Below, piece by piece: positions 27,803 to 38,532 of a stretch of 64,000 nt of DNA. The stretch comes from Candidatus Latescibacterota bacterium (GTDB taxonomy: Bacteria > Latescibacterota > UBA2968 > GCA-2709665), in assembly GCA_965219455.1 (NCBI GenBank), contig OZ244744.1:5780229-5844228 (forward strand). Direction: 5' to 3'. Each line of letters begins with the position of its first letter. The stretch's first letter is position 1. The notes beneath the pieces were generated by a model. That model searched no databases and had not been told where the DNA came from. It saw only the letters and a program-made list of their open reading frames with translations. The position numbers and the translations under genes are program-made.

Positions 27803-30800
27803 CTATTCTTTCCGGTCAACCAGCGAATAGAGCGCGGGAATCAGTACCAGCGTCACAAGTGTTGAAATCACAAGGCCGCCGATTACGGTAATAGCCATCG
27901 GCGCACGGATTTCCGCGCCCTGACCCACCGGAAAGACCACGTTCACGGCCCCCATAACGTACTCTAATGCGCCACCCGGCAATACGCTTGCGAGGCCGGA
28001 TTCCACGTTTGTCACAAAAGGCCTGAAATCGAAAATTCCCAGGGCCATTGGCAACAACCCCAACACTGTCGTCGACGTCGTCATCAGAATCGGTCGCAGC
28101 CTTACCTGGCATGCCCGCTCAATGGCCTCTCGCTTCCCCATTCCACGCTCCCGTCGCAGGGCGTTGATATAGTCGATCAGCACAATCGCGTTGTTCACGA
28201 CGATACCCGCCAGCATGATCAGCCCGATTAACACCACGACGCTCACTGTCTGACCGGTCACCAAAAGCATCCAGACCACACCGACGAGGCCGAAGGGAAT
28301 CGAAAACATGATAACAAAGGGATGGATCAACGACTCGAACTGGGAAGCCATTACCAGATACACGAGGAATACGGCCAGCAAGATGGCCAGCCGCATACTT
28401 TCGAACGACCGCTTACGCTCTTCGTTCTGACCCCCTATCTTGATATGGTAGTCGGGGGGATAGTCCATGTCACGTATCACGGATTCAATGTCGGCCACCG
28501 CCTCGCTCAGGCTGCGTCCTTCGAGGTTGGCGGAAACCACCGCCACCCGCTCCTGATCCGCCCGCAGGATCTCGGCGGGCCCCATTTCAACAGACAGGTC
28601 CGCGACCACGGCGAGGGGGATGGGCGCCGACGCACCGGCCGGACTCACAATGAGACGCTTGAGATCTTCCACCGTGCTCCGGTGCCGCTCATCCGCACGC
28701 ACGCGGATATCCACCTTCCTGTCGCCCTGAGTAAATTCCGTAGCCACCTCGCCCTGGATCTTGTTTCTTATGAGCCTTCCGATCTCGTTGATGGTTGTCC
28801 CCATCTGCGCGACCCACTTCCGATTGAAGCGGATCTGCACCTCAGGACTGCCACCCTCCGCGCTTGTCTTTACGTCGACAAGCCCCGGGACGTCCTCCAT
28901 CCTGCGTGCAAGTTCGTCGGACAACGTCCGCAAGGTACTCAGATTATATCCGGAAATCTCGACCTCGACGGGCGTCCTGGACGTAAAAAACGATGGACGG
29001 GCAAATTTGCATTCCGCTGCGGGCATGCCCCGGAAGGCCTGCCTCAGTCGATCCATCACCGCATCTTCCCGTGCCCGTATTATACCTTCTTTCAGCGCCA
29101 CCTGAAGCTGGCCGACATTCTCACGCTCCTCTCCGGCCGACCCATCGGAAGCCCCGCTCAGGCCGACGGTACTATAAACCAGTTCCACCTCGGGCTGAGC
29201 CTGAACGATCCGTTCCATGCCGCGTATCGTCCGTTCGGTGGCCGCGAGCGGAGTGCCCACGGGCCTGGTCACGGAGATGCTGAATTCACCCTGGCTCATC
29301 TCCGGAATCAACTCACTTCCAAGAAAGCCGACCAGCAACCCGGACGCGCCGGCAAGCGCCAGCGCGACAAGGAGCACGGCGGCGCGATGACCCAGCGCCC
29401 AGCCGATTACCCGGGGATAGAATCTATACGTGCGACCCATTATCTGTTCGAAAAGCCAGAAAACCGGGTAAAGTAGGATGACCACCCCTTTGCCGAACGC
29501 CCGCCCGGCGCGCAGGACGAAACCGATCCCCTTTGCCAGACCCAGTGTAGAGTCCGGACGCAGGCGGCGGCGCTCCATTCCGGCCTTCTCATCCCTCCGG
29601 CCGAAGTTAAAAGACGACAGCATGGGGATCAGGGTGAGCGCCACCAGCAGGGAGGCCACCAGGGAGAACGTCACGGTCAAGGCCTGGTCTCGAAACAACT
29701 GACCGGCGATGCCTTCAACGAAGACGATGGGCACAAAGACACAGATCGTGGTGAGGGTGGAAGCCACCACCGCGTTTCCCACTTCACTGGCCCCTTTCAC
29801 GGTCGCATCTAACGAAGACAAACCCTCCTCGCGGTATCGCTGAATGCTTTCGAGTACAACAATTGAGTTGTCCACCAGCATCCCGATGCCCAGCGCCAAC
29901 CCGCCCAGGGACATTATGTTCAGGCTGACATCCGAACTGAACATCAGCAAAAACGTGGACACGACGGAAATCGGTATAGAAAGGCTGATTATCGCGGTAC
30001 TTCCGGGATTGCCCAGGAACAGATATAGCACCACCACCGCCAGCACCCCTCCCATGATCGCCGTGTTGAGCACCTCCGCGACAGACGCCCTGATAAACGT
30101 CGCCTGGCTGAAAACCACCTCTATTCGTGCGCCGCCCGACAACAAGCCAGCCTCTTTCTGAAAACGCTGTAGCGCGTCGGTGACCCGGTCAGCGACAGTC
30201 ACGGTGTTGGCGTCGCCCTCTTTGTAGACGGCCAGTTCCACGCTCTCGCGCCCATTGATCCGGTTAATCACCTTGCGTTCTTTGTGTCCCCGAAAGACGT
30301 GGCCGACGTCGGAAAGCGTAATTGCGGCGCCCTGCCGCTCGCCCACAACGATGTCCTGAATCTCCTGAACCGAGCGAAACTCATTGACAGTGCGCACCAC
30401 GTACTCCGCCTCGCCGTCTTTGAGTTGCCCTCCGGTGAGATTCACGTTTTCCTGTCCCAGACGTCCGACCACCTGTTGGACCTGAATACGTAGCGACGCC
30501 AGCCTGGGTTCATCCAATTCGATGTGTATTTCCTCTTCAAGCCCTCCGTTTACGCGCGCCGCGGCCACTCCCTCAATGCTCTCCAGATCCAACTTGATGT
30601 GTTCCTCGGCCAACAGGCGAAGGGCGACCAGACTTTCCTGTCCGTAGAGCCCAATACGCATTATCGGATCCAGAGACGGATCAAAACGCAGCAAGACCGG
30701 TTTTTCAGCCCCTTGCGGAAGCTGCAACCGGTCCAGTTTCTCCCGGGTGTCCAGCGATGCGAAGTCCATGTCCGTACCCCAGGAAAACTCCACCACCACC

Positions 30801-31069
30801 TCGGAGACGCCCGGCCGGGACGTTGAGCTCACCCGTACGACGTTCGTCACCACCCCCACCGCCCCCTCCAAGGGTTCGGTTACCAGGCGTTCCATTTCCG
30901 ACGGCGCCGTGCCTTCGTATTCGGTCCGTACCGTCAGTGTCGGATACGTGATATCAGGAAGCAGATTGATAGAAAGCCGCCGAAATGCAACCAGACCGAA
31001 AACCACGGCCGCAACGACAAACATGGTTACCGTGACCCGACGGCGGGTCGAAAACGCGATCAGCTTCAT
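27803..31069 (-). CDS. RND efflux permease (AcrB/AcrD/AcrF family)
   Basis: 1088 aa; GMLVDNSIVVLE, GIVVNNAIVLID and RLRPILMT motifs. Confidence 0.95.
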   Translation of the reverse strand: MKLIAFSTRRRVTVTMFVVAAVVFGLVAFRRLSINLLPDITYPTLTVRTEYEGTAPSEMERLVTEPLEGAVGVVTNVVRVSSTSRPGVSEVVVEFSWGTDMDFASLDTREKLDRLQLPQGAEKPVLLRFDPSLDPIMRIGLYGQESLVALRLLAEEHIKLDLESIEGVAAARVNGGLEEEIHIELDEPRLASLRIQVQQVVGRLGQENVNLTGGQLKDGEAEYVVRTVNEFRSVQEIQDIVVGERQGAAITLSDVGHVFRGHKERKVINRINGRESVELAVYKEGDANTVTVADRVTDALQRFQKEAGLLSGGARIEVVFSQATFIRASVAEVLNTAIMGGVLAVVVLYLFLGNPGSTAIISLSIPISVVSTFLLMFSSDVSLNIMSLGGLALGIGMLVDNSIVVLESIQRYREEGLSSLDATVKGASEVGNAVVASTLTTICVFVPIVFVEGIAGQLFRDQALTVTFSLVASLLVALTLIPMLSSFNFGRRDEKAGMERRRLRPDSTLGLAKGIGFVLRAGRAFGKGVVILLYPVFWLFEQIMGRTYRFYPRVIGWALGHRAAVLLVALALAGASGLLVGFLGSELIPEMSQGEFSISVTRPVGTPLAATERTIRGMERIVQAQPEVELVYSTVGLSGASDGSAGEERENVGQLQVALKEGIIRAREDAVMDRLRQAFRGMPAAECKFARPSFFTSRTPVEVEISGYNLSTLRTLSDELARRMEDVPGLVDVKTSAEGGSPEVQIRFNRKWVAQMGTTINEIGRLIRNKIQGEVATEFTQGDRKVDIRVRADERHRSTVEDLKRLIVSPAGASAPIPLAVVADLSVEMGPAEILRADQERVAVVSANLEGRSLSEAVADIESVIRDMDYPPDYHIKIGGQNEERKRSFESMRLAILLAVFLVYLVMASQFESLIHPFVIMFSIPFGLVGVVWMLLVTGQTVSVVVLIGLIMLAGIVVNNAIVLIDYINALRRERGMGKREAIERACQVRLRPILMTTSTTVLGLLPMALGIFDFRPFVTNVESGLASVLPGGALEYVMGAVNVVFPVGQGAEIRAPMAITVIGGLVISTLVTLVLIPALYSLVDRKE

Positions 31070-32376
31070 TGCGGTCTCCCGCCTCTTGCCGGCAGGATAC
31101 CCTTCCGGTGCATTTCACCCATGAACGCACGCCACTTTTCACCGCTGGTCGCAAGTTCCGGATCTTCTCTAACACGTGCGTCATATGCTTTCTTCAGATC
31201 TGGAAAACGGGCGAGCATCTGTTCCTTCATTGCCTTGAGCTGACCGTTACCACCGCCGTCACCCTGACTGCCGCCTGTCTGCACCGCGGGCGCCGTTTCC
31301 TCCGCGATCCCTTCACCCACCAGGCGCACGGCCGTTCCGGGGCGCAGACCTTCGTGACCAACGGTAATGACCTGCTCCCCCTCCGACAGGCCGTTCATAA
31401 TCTCCAGGTGTTCATTGTCGGCAAACCCCATGCCGACCTTCCGGCGAACCGCCTTCCCCGCACCGCGTTCGCCGTCCCGTTCATATACGAACACGTGATT
31501 CCCTTCCCCCTCCAGAACGAGCGCCTTCTTGGGAATCACCAGCGTGTTCTGATGCACCTCGGTAATGATATGTACCGATGCGAACATGCCCGGCCGGAGG
31601 ATTCCGCTTCCGCCACCGGGAATCTGGACTGTAACTTTGATGGTTCCACTTTCCGGATCCACGACCGGGCTGATCATCTTTACAACGCCGCGAAAAACCC
31701 GACCCGGAGCGGACTCCACCGCCACTTTCGCGCCCTGCCCGGTGGCCACCTTGCCCATGTTCTTTTCAGGAATCCGGATGCGTGCAAGCAGCGGGTCGAA
31801 GTCTGCCACCGAAAACACCGCCTGATTCGCGGTTACCATGTTTCCGACCTCGACGCTTCGAATGGTCAGTGTGCCTTCCAGAGGCGAAGCAATGGTGGTA
31901 TAGCTCAAATTCAGCGTCGCCTGTTCCAACTCGGTATACGAGCGGTCCATCTGCCCCTTTGAATTCTCATACCTCTCCTTGCTCAGGAGGTCCCGCTTGA
32001 ACAGCTTTTCGTCTCGCTCGAAGACGCGACGCGCGTCGTGGTAGGCCACTTCCATGCGTTGGACCTGCAACCGCGCCGCCTCCGAATCCAGCCGCGCCAG
32101 CACCGCGCCTTCCCCGACGGGGTCACCCTCTTCCCTGAGAATCGCCACGACCTGCCCGGACGTCCTGGAACGCACTTCGACCCACTGAAACGCCTCCAGC
32201 GTCGTATTGGCCAGAATATAACTGGAAATATCGCGACGATTCACCGGCTCCACGCGAACGGGTACCGCCGCGCTCCGGCGCTGTACACCGCGACGGGCCG
32301 ATCCTCTGTCACCCTCTCCGCATCCGGATAGAATCGAAATAACGCAAACGAAGACGAATGGCTGAAATCTGAACAT
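31066..32376 (-). CDS. RND periplasmic adaptor (MFP) subunit
   Basis: Lipoprotein signal (ILSGC), IASPLEG, ISPVVDPESGT and LRPGMF motifs; overlaps the RND start. Confidence 0.93.
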   Translation of the reverse strand: MFRFQPFVFVCVISILSGCGEGDRGSARRGVQRRSAAVPVRVEPVNRRDISSYILANTTLEAFQWVEVRSRTSGQVVAILREEGDPVGEGAVLARLDSEAARLQVQRMEVAYHDARRVFERDEKLFKRDLLSKERYENSKGQMDRSYTELEQATLNLSYTTIASPLEGTLTIRSVEVGNMVTANQAVFSVADFDPLLARIRIPEKNMGKVATGQGAKVAVESAPGRVFRGVVKMISPVVDPESGTIKVTVQIPGGGSGILRPGMFASVHIITEVHQNTLVIPKKALVLEGEGNHVFVYERDGERGAGKAVRRKVGMGFADNEHLEIMNGLSEGEQVITVGHEGLRPGTAVRLVGEGIAEETAPAVQTGGSQGDGGGNGQLKAMKEQMLARFPDLKKAYDARVREDPELATSGEKWRAFMGEMHRKGILPARGGRPQ

Positions 32377-32598
32377 GCATCCCCCTGGGGAACCTGGTCC
32401 TGGTAAGTAATTGGTTACTTACAATGTACACAAAAAAAGACACGATTCATGATTATTTTCTCCCCGCTACGCACGGCCGCGTGTCCGGCACTTCCGGGCA
32501 CGAGCGGCCGGGTTCGGGCATGACCGGTACGGATAATAGCAACTTACATTTATAGAGGGATTTAGAAACGAATTCGGGACAGCATGGGTGGGAGATTC

Positions 32599-33012
32599 TC
32601 ATCCGGGTCCGGACGTCACCGTCGCAATCACAAAACGCCTGATCCCCGCCCCCCGGATTATGTCCAGAACGCCGATTACCTCGCCGTGGGGGAGGTTCCG
32701 ATCGGCCCGCAACACAAGGCCGCCGCCGGCGTTGATCTCATTTGAAGCCGTCTGCAAGCGGGCGCCCAGCGCAGCAAGTTCGACGGGCTCGCCGTCCCAG
32801 CGTATCTCACCATCCGGGGCCACGTCCAGCACAAAGCGTTTAGGCTGCTGAGCCCGGTCGGCGTGTTCCATGGAAGGCAGTTCCACTTTAAGCGCGGACT
32901 GCTCGATGAACGATGTGGTCACAATGAAAAACGTCAGCAACAAAAACAGAACGTCAATCAACGACGTGATATTGATATACGGCCGACGCTTCGGCTTGTG
33001 AAACAGCTGCAT
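32599..33012 (-). CDS. exbD: Biopolymer transport protein ExbD/TolR
   Basis: INITSLIDVLFLLLTFFIV and LVLRAD motifs. Confidence 0.9.
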   Translation of the reverse strand: MQLFHKPKRRPYINITSLIDVLFLLLTFFIVTTSFIEQSALKVELPSMEHADRAQQPKRFVLDVAPDGEIRWDGEPVELAALGARLQTASNEINAGGGLVLRADRNLPHGEVIGVLDIIRGAGIRRFVIATVTSGPG

Positions 33013-33022
33013 TTGCCGCCCT

Positions 33023-33649
33023 TTATTCGTTCGGTTTGCGCGTCTGGAAACCCCGCAGCTTTTTCAGAAGCGCATTGGAATATTTCTCGATCTCCAGGAC
33101 CAGACTCTCTGCCTTGCTGCTGAAATAATTGAAAAAAACCAGTGACGGAATCGCAATAAACAGCCCGGCGCCGGTTGTCAGGATCGCTTCAGCGATACCG
33201 CCCGCAAGCAGGTTGCCCTGTCCGACGCCCACTTCCGAGATCTCACGAAAAACCTTGATCATCCCCAGGACCGTACCCAGCAGCCCCAGTAGTGGAGAGA
33301 CACTGGCAACGGTCTCCAGAACGACGATTCCCTTCTGCAGCTTTCCCGTTTCCTGGCGGCCCTGGTCCACAATGCTCTCTTTTATTTCATCCGGAGGCAG
33401 GTGGCGATTGTCGAGCCCCGTGCGAACAACCTGAGCGAACGGTCCTTCGTACTGGTTGCATACCGACACCGCCAGGCCGATGTCCTCCGGTCCCTTGATG
33501 TTCTCGATCACGCTGACGATCTCCCCTCGAATGATCCGGTGGCGTCGCAGACTGAACGCCCGCTCCACCGTAATGGCCAGCGTAAGGATTGAACATAGAG
33601 AAAGGGGATACATCATCAGTCCCCCCTGCACAAACAGCTCCCATCCCAT
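33023..33649 (-). CDS. exbB: MotA/TolQ/ExbB proton channel
   Basis: SPLLGLLGTVLGMI and GIAEAILTTGAGLFIAIP motifs. Confidence 0.92.
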   Translation of the reverse strand: MGWELFVQGGLMMYPLSLCSILTLAITVERAFSLRRHRIIRGEIVSVIENIKGPEDIGLAVSVCNQYEGPFAQVVRTGLDNRHLPPDEIKESIVDQGRQETGKLQKGIVVLETVASVSPLLGLLGTVLGMIKVFREISEVGVGQGNLLAGGIAEAILTTGAGLFIAIPSLVFFNYFSSKAESLVLEIEKYSNALLKKLRGFQTRKPNE

Positions 33650-33664
33650 GCGGCGGCCCCCCTG

Positions 33665-34573
33665 TTATCGCGATTCCAGTAGCAGATAGTGGAAGAAGGC
33701 GGTAATTTCCAGATAGTCTTCCGGAAAGTGCGCCGGCAGAGGTTTGAAATCGGCCGACAGTTTTACCGCTCGTGTGCTGGTATCCCGCAGGTACGGGCTG
33801 CCGTCGAAGTCGATTATCTCCAGGTCCGCGAGGGTGCCGTCGGGCAAAATTCTGAATTTCAGCCGTGTCCGACCCTGGATAAGCCCCAGTTGCGTAAACG
33901 CAGCCGGCGGGTGGATATGGTCTCCAATGTGGCGCTTGAGATATGCCAGATACGGCGCGAATTCCCAGTCATAGGTACTCAGCTGCAATCCGCCCTGTTC
34001 GAGGGCGTGACTCTGCAGGTTCTTCAATGGCAAGACGCCGGGCGCGCCTCGGAGCCCGAACAATGCGCTCTTCGGTTGCTGCGGGGGCGACGTTTTTCGC
34101 TGCTTCAGCGACGACGCAAAATCCGTCGAAACCACCTCGTTTTCCGCGTCTTCGCGACTGTTCTGATCGACTTCGGTCCTGGCGTGAGCCATTCGCCTCT
34201 CGCCCCTTTCGCCCTGCTGTCCGACATCGGACCGGGGTTGTACAGGGGATTGCACCAGTCCGTCGGTGTAGGGTAGATGGGATTCCGGCAGGGGCGCGTC
34301 GTGGAGGTCCTTCGCCCGCGAAACCCGGTTCGACCGCAACGTCGTTGCTTCAGGCGGGGGTTCCTCGGGTACCGGCTGGGGCAAATCGACAAATTCGAAA
34401 GAGATCGGCCCGGACTCGTGGGCCGATACATCGATCCGCGGTTGCGGTACCAGGCTCGAGAGGGGCACGTAGAAGACAAAAAACAGCAGGTGCGCAACCA
34501 GCGCCGCCCCGTAGGCGAGGGTGTAACGATTGGCGAAAAAGCCTCGGATGCGCGCCATCATAGAAAATACCAC
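33665..34573 (-). CDS. tonB: TonB/TolA-like energy transducer
   Basis: N-terminal TM helix with His (ALVAHLLFF), Pro-rich linker, C-terminal domain (F.I..DG.L...FKPLP); upstream of exbBD. Exact start uncertain. Confidence 0.75.
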   Translation of the reverse strand: MVFSMMARIRGFFANRYTLAYGAALVAHLLFFVFYVPLSSLVPQPRIDVSAHESGPISFEFVDLPQPVPEEPPPEATTLRSNRVSRAKDLHDAPLPESHLPYTDGLVQSPVQPRSDVGQQGERGERRMAHARTEVDQNSREDAENEVVSTDFASSLKQRKTSPPQQPKSALFGLRGAPGVLPLKNLQSHALEQGGLQLSTYDWEFAPYLAYLKRHIGDHIHPPAAFTQLGLIQGRTRLKFRILPDGTLADLEIIDFDGSPYLRDTSTRAVKLSADFKPLPAHFPEDYLEITAFFHYLLLESR

Positions 34574-34841
34574 ATTGGTAACAGGGCGTCACCGTGCAAT
34601 TAATATAGTGGAACCGGGGTGATAAACAAGAACAAAGCCCCGGATGACCCGCCTGTCAGGACCAAAGTACGGGCGGTCGATCGAAACCCCGGGTTCGCCT
34701 GCCGTCCGCAGGCGTTTCAACGTTTTTCGATGTCGGCCCGGCAAAAAAAAGCCCCGGCGGCGGCTGCCGTGCAGGGCCCGATATGCGTTCCTCAGGGGAA
34801 TGGCGGGGGTCCGCTCCAGCACGTGACACGCGACAGTGGTC

Positions 34842-36362
34842 TCAATCCGCCGCCGGTGCTTCCGTTCTCGAAAATGCGGCCCGCAAGCGTTGAAAGCACC
34901 CCTGAAACAGTGACATCCATCCCACGTAGAAGAAACCCAGACTGAACAGGGCGATGAACGGAACCGGAAAGTATATCCCGTGGGTGATCGCGAATCCGAT
35001 TACCCACAGAAAATACAACCCGACACCGAGTTCTACTACTGACAGCACGTTTTTGTGCACTGCGTATCGCTTGCCGCGCCAGGTATCCCGGCGGTCCACA
35101 ACCTGATATTTCGGTGTTCGCCGAAACTCGGTCTGGTGGCCGACCAACGCCTCGAGCACCGCCCGGGCATTGTTGAACGATATCCCCATACCGGCAGCCA
35201 GCACGCAGGGCATGTACTTGATTCGACGCTTCCAGTCCGGATAGAGTTCCTTCTGTGAGTAAATATAAAACCGGGAGACCGCCCCCGTTGCGGAGACAAA
35301 CAGCGGCAGATCCACGAAGACAACGCGGAACCACCCCATATCGAGGCGGGCGAGCACGGCCGGGAAGATCAGCGCAGCCAGCATGGCCATCAACAGATAA
35401 GCGAAATTCCCATTCAGATGGATCAGCGCCTCGAGCTTCACCCGCCACGGCAACCTCGCGCGCAGGACCCGCCCCACCAGCTTACGCGCGGTCTGCGCAG
35501 AGCCTTTGGACCAGCGGAACTGCTGGGTTTTCCAGGCGTTCATTTCCACGGGTAGCTCGGCCGGGGCAGCCAGGTCGTCCAGAAACAGAAAGCGCCACCC
35601 GGCCAACTGCGCCCGATAGCTCAGATCGAGATCTTCGGTCAGGGTGTCGTTCTCCCATCCACCCGCATCGTCGATACATTGCCTGCGCCATATGCCGGCC
35701 GTGCCGTTAAAATTGAAAAACAGGCCCGCTCTGCTGCGGGCGCCGTGTTCCATCATGAAATGTCCGTCGAGGAAAATCGCCTGTACCTGCGTCAGCAAAG
35801 AATAATCGCGGTTCAGATGGTCCCACCTTGCCTGCACCAGACCCACGCCCTCATCGGTGAAATAATGAATCGTCTTTCTGAGGAATTCTCCGGGCGGTAC
35901 AAAATCAGCGTCGAATACCGCCACGTATTCGCCGCTGGCAACCCGCAAACCTTCGGCAAGAGCGCCCGCTTTAAAGCCCGTGCGTTCCGTTCGATGCAGG
36001 CAGACGATATCGTGTCCGGCCTCCCCCAACTCCGCCACACAGCGCTTTACCACGTCGGTCGTCTCATCCGTCGAATCGTCCAGAACCTGAATTTCCAGGC
36101 GGTCCCGTGGATAATCGACGTCCGCCGCCGCCCGGATCAGCCGCTCCACCACGTACAGTTCGTTGTAAACCGGCAACTGTACCGTCACCCTCGGCAATTT
36201 CTCAAACCGGCCGGCCGGCGCCGGACGCTTACGTCGATTCTTGAAGTATAGCCGCACCATCACGTGCCGGTGCAGACTGAAGATCATCAGCAGGCCGAGC
36301 GTCACGCTATAGAGTATCAACAAAGACGCCTGAAACCAGGTGATCAGCACTTCCAGATCCAT
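34842..36362 (-). CDS. GT2 processive glycosyltransferase (cellulose-synthase-like)
   Basis: QLPVYNE, LDDSTD, FKAGAL, FDADF, TEDLD and QQFRW (D,D,D,QxxRW) motifs with flanking TM helices. Confidence 0.9.
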   Translation of the reverse strand: MDLEVLITWFQASLLILYSVTLGLLMIFSLHRHVMVRLYFKNRRKRPAPAGRFEKLPRVTVQLPVYNELYVVERLIRAAADVDYPRDRLEIQVLDDSTDETTDVVKRCVAELGEAGHDIVCLHRTERTGFKAGALAEGLRVASGEYVAVFDADFVPPGEFLRKTIHYFTDEGVGLVQARWDHLNRDYSLLTQVQAIFLDGHFMMEHGARSRAGLFFNFNGTAGIWRRQCIDDAGGWENDTLTEDLDLSYRAQLAGWRFLFLDDLAAPAELPVEMNAWKTQQFRWSKGSAQTARKLVGRVLRARLPWRVKLEALIHLNGNFAYLLMAMLAALIFPAVLARLDMGWFRVVFVDLPLFVSATGAVSRFYIYSQKELYPDWKRRIKYMPCVLAAGMGISFNNARAVLEALVGHQTEFRRTPKYQVVDRRDTWRGKRYAVHKNVLSVVELGVGLYFLWVIGFAITHGIYFPVPFIALFSLGFFYVGWMSLFQGCFQRLRAAFSRTEAPAAD

Positions 36363-36720
36363 GAACCCTCCAGCACTAACGCGCCTCTTACCGACGGGGG
36401 AGCATGCCGGGACTTCGGATCGTCGCCACCTCAGCCGATCCGGCACGATGGGCCGACTTGCAGGTTTTCGCCGGCCGCGGGGTTTCTGAATCGAAATCAT
36501 CGCGACCGTCGCCCGATATATGGACGATCCGCAGGGCATTCAGAAAGATAATAAGCAATACCGTGCCCTAAAATCAAGCCCAAAGCACGCGCGCAAATCC
36601 AGCCGAACCCGCAAAAAAGCGACGGTTTGTCCGGCCGGGCGTGCTTTACGGCCGTCGCCTTCAATGCCCGGCCAGTCCGGTAATATCTTCAACCGGTTCA
36701 CCGAATTTCGTCTGTTTCTG

Positions 36721-36750
36721 TTGACAAACAGCCATCTTCCGGTTTATATT
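36721..36750 (+). promoter_or_regulatory. Sigma-70-type promoter
   Basis: TTGACA-N18-TATATT upstream of the 101-aa ORF. Confidence 0.6.
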
Positions 36751-36827
36751 TTTTACTGCCCTACCTGTAGAGTCAGCGAAAACCCGGCGGCCAACAAGCA
36801 ACGTTTTGCTCAAGGAGTCCATATCCG

Positions 36828-37133
36828 ATGGCTGAAAAAAATCAGTTCTACCCCGACTACAAACTGCCGGCCGAGACCGCGTCGGAAATCGGAGCCAAAT
36901 CCGGCAGTCTTCTGGACGGCGATTTCGAATATCCACTTGAAACACAATGCTGTATAACGGGAGAGGACGTCAAACACAGCTTCTGCCGATATCCCGATTC
37001 TGCGCTGGGTACGATGATGGTGATGTCTCACGAAACCATGCTTCGCTTCTCACGACCGGGAGAGAGCCTCTCGGAGACATTCGAACGCGTACTCAAACTT
37101 CGGCGAAAGCACGAGGCCAGCCGGAAGGAGTAG
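36828..37133 (+). CDS. Small hypothetical protein (101 aa)
   Basis: AAGGAG RBS and an upstream promoter-like sequence. Confidence 0.75.
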   Translation: MAEKNQFYPDYKLPAETASEIGAKSGSLLDGDFEYPLETQCCITGEDVKHSFCRYPDSALGTMMVMSHETMLRFSRPGESLSETFERVLKLRRKHEASRKE

Positions 37134-37209
37134 CTGTCGCCCGCTTCTCTTTCCCTGTTGGAAAAACTGACATGTCCACCCTCCATTCAGCCATCCGCCG
37201 CCGATCCAC

Positions 37210-38532
37210 ATGATTTCCGACGCCGCTCCGGCCATACTTTACCGGCGTGTTGAGATTCCCCGCGCATTGTTGACCCATGCGGAGGTCGAAGGAAGGGATC
37301 TGCGTTTTGGAGGAGATATCCGGCCAGGAGACCTTACCGGAGACGGCCGGGCCGATCTGCTTGTCTACCGCTGCGACACGGCAAGTGAACTCAAACCCTG
37401 TTTTCTGGGCGCCTTTACCTTTGACGGGGAGATTCTGTGGCAGGATGGCGACGGCGGCGCCCAGCCTCTCCGACCCTGTTCCGTGTCGATCCACGACGTG
37501 GACGCGGACGGCCGGAGCGAGGTGATCTGTTTCTTCCATCGCCCGGACGGCGTCACCGCCAGGGAATCCCTTGCGGATGTCACCGTCCAGATACGCGACG
37601 GTGCGACGGGAGCACTGAAAGCGGAATCCCGCCCGGAGATTCTGAAGGCCTGCCGCGGCTGGGGCGCCAACTGGTTTCACCAGCGCCTGTTTATCGCCAA
37701 CCTCAGAGGCACCGCTGTTCCCCAGGATATCGTGGTTAAACTGGGCGAAAGGGTCCTGGCATTCGACCATAACCTGGACCTGTTGTGGGACTACGCCATC
37801 CCGTGGAACGACTACGGCCGCTGCTCCGCGTACTTACCGGCCGTGGGCGACCTGAACGGTGATGGCCGCGACGAGATCCTGGGCGGCTATTTTATTCTCG
37901 ATCCGGACGGCGGCCCCCGCTGGGAACGCCAGCTCGCGCGCAATATGGACTCCGTATCCATCCAACCGTGGGACAACGGACGGATGCGCGCCATCTGCTC
38001 CGGCGGAGGTCACGTACTGGACATCGACGGCGGGGTTATTCTGGCGCTCGGCGAACAAATCGTCCCTCACGGTCAGGAAGTCCGGGTGGCCACCTTCGTG
38101 CCCGATGAGCCCGCGCCTCAGATGGCCATTCGCTACCTTGGGCACCGTCCCGACGTTCTGCTGGCAGACAATACCGGACGGATAATCCGCCGCTTTCGAC
38201 TCAACCGATCGCCAAATGAAACGGGTATGGAAACGGTTTACTGGAACGGATTCGACGCGCCCGCAATGCTTTACAACGGCGGCATGCTCTTCGACGGCAA
38301 CGGCGAACCCGCGGTAGTCCTTTCGGATCTGCCGCCTCCGGTCGGCCCGGAAAAAATGGGCTGGTATCACGCCGTACCCGCGAACCTGTGCGGAGATAAA
38401 CGCGAGGATCTGCTGGTGTACAACCCATGGTCGGACGCCGTTTACATCTACACTCCCGCGCCATTGAACCCGACTGCCTACTCCGGCTACTGTCCCGGCC
38501 ACCGTCAGTACAATGCCCGTCTGATGGACTGA
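37210..38532 (+). CDS. FG-GAP/Ca-blade beta-propeller protein, rhamnogalacturonan lyase (PL11)-like
   Basis: Repeated GDLTGDGRADL, DVDADGRSEV, GDLNGDGRDEI and NLCGDKREDL motifs. Confidence 0.65.
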   Translation: MISDAAPAILYRRVEIPRALLTHAEVEGRDLRFGGDIRPGDLTGDGRADLLVYRCDTASELKPCFLGAFTFDGEILWQDGDGGAQPLRPCSVSIHDVDADGRSEVICFFHRPDGVTARESLADVTVQIRDGATGALKAESRPEILKACRGWGANWFHQRLFIANLRGTAVPQDIVVKLGERVLAFDHNLDLLWDYAIPWNDYGRCSAYLPAVGDLNGDGRDEILGGYFILDPDGGPRWERQLARNMDSVSIQPWDNGRMRAICSGGGHVLDIDGGVILALGEQIVPHGQEVRVATFVPDEPAPQMAIRYLGHRPDVLLADNTGRIIRRFRLNRSPNETGMETVYWNGFDAPAMLYNGGMLFDGNGEPAVVLSDLPPPVGPEKMGWYHAVPANLCGDKREDLLVYNPWSDAVYIYTPAPLNPTAYSGYCPGHRQYNARLMD

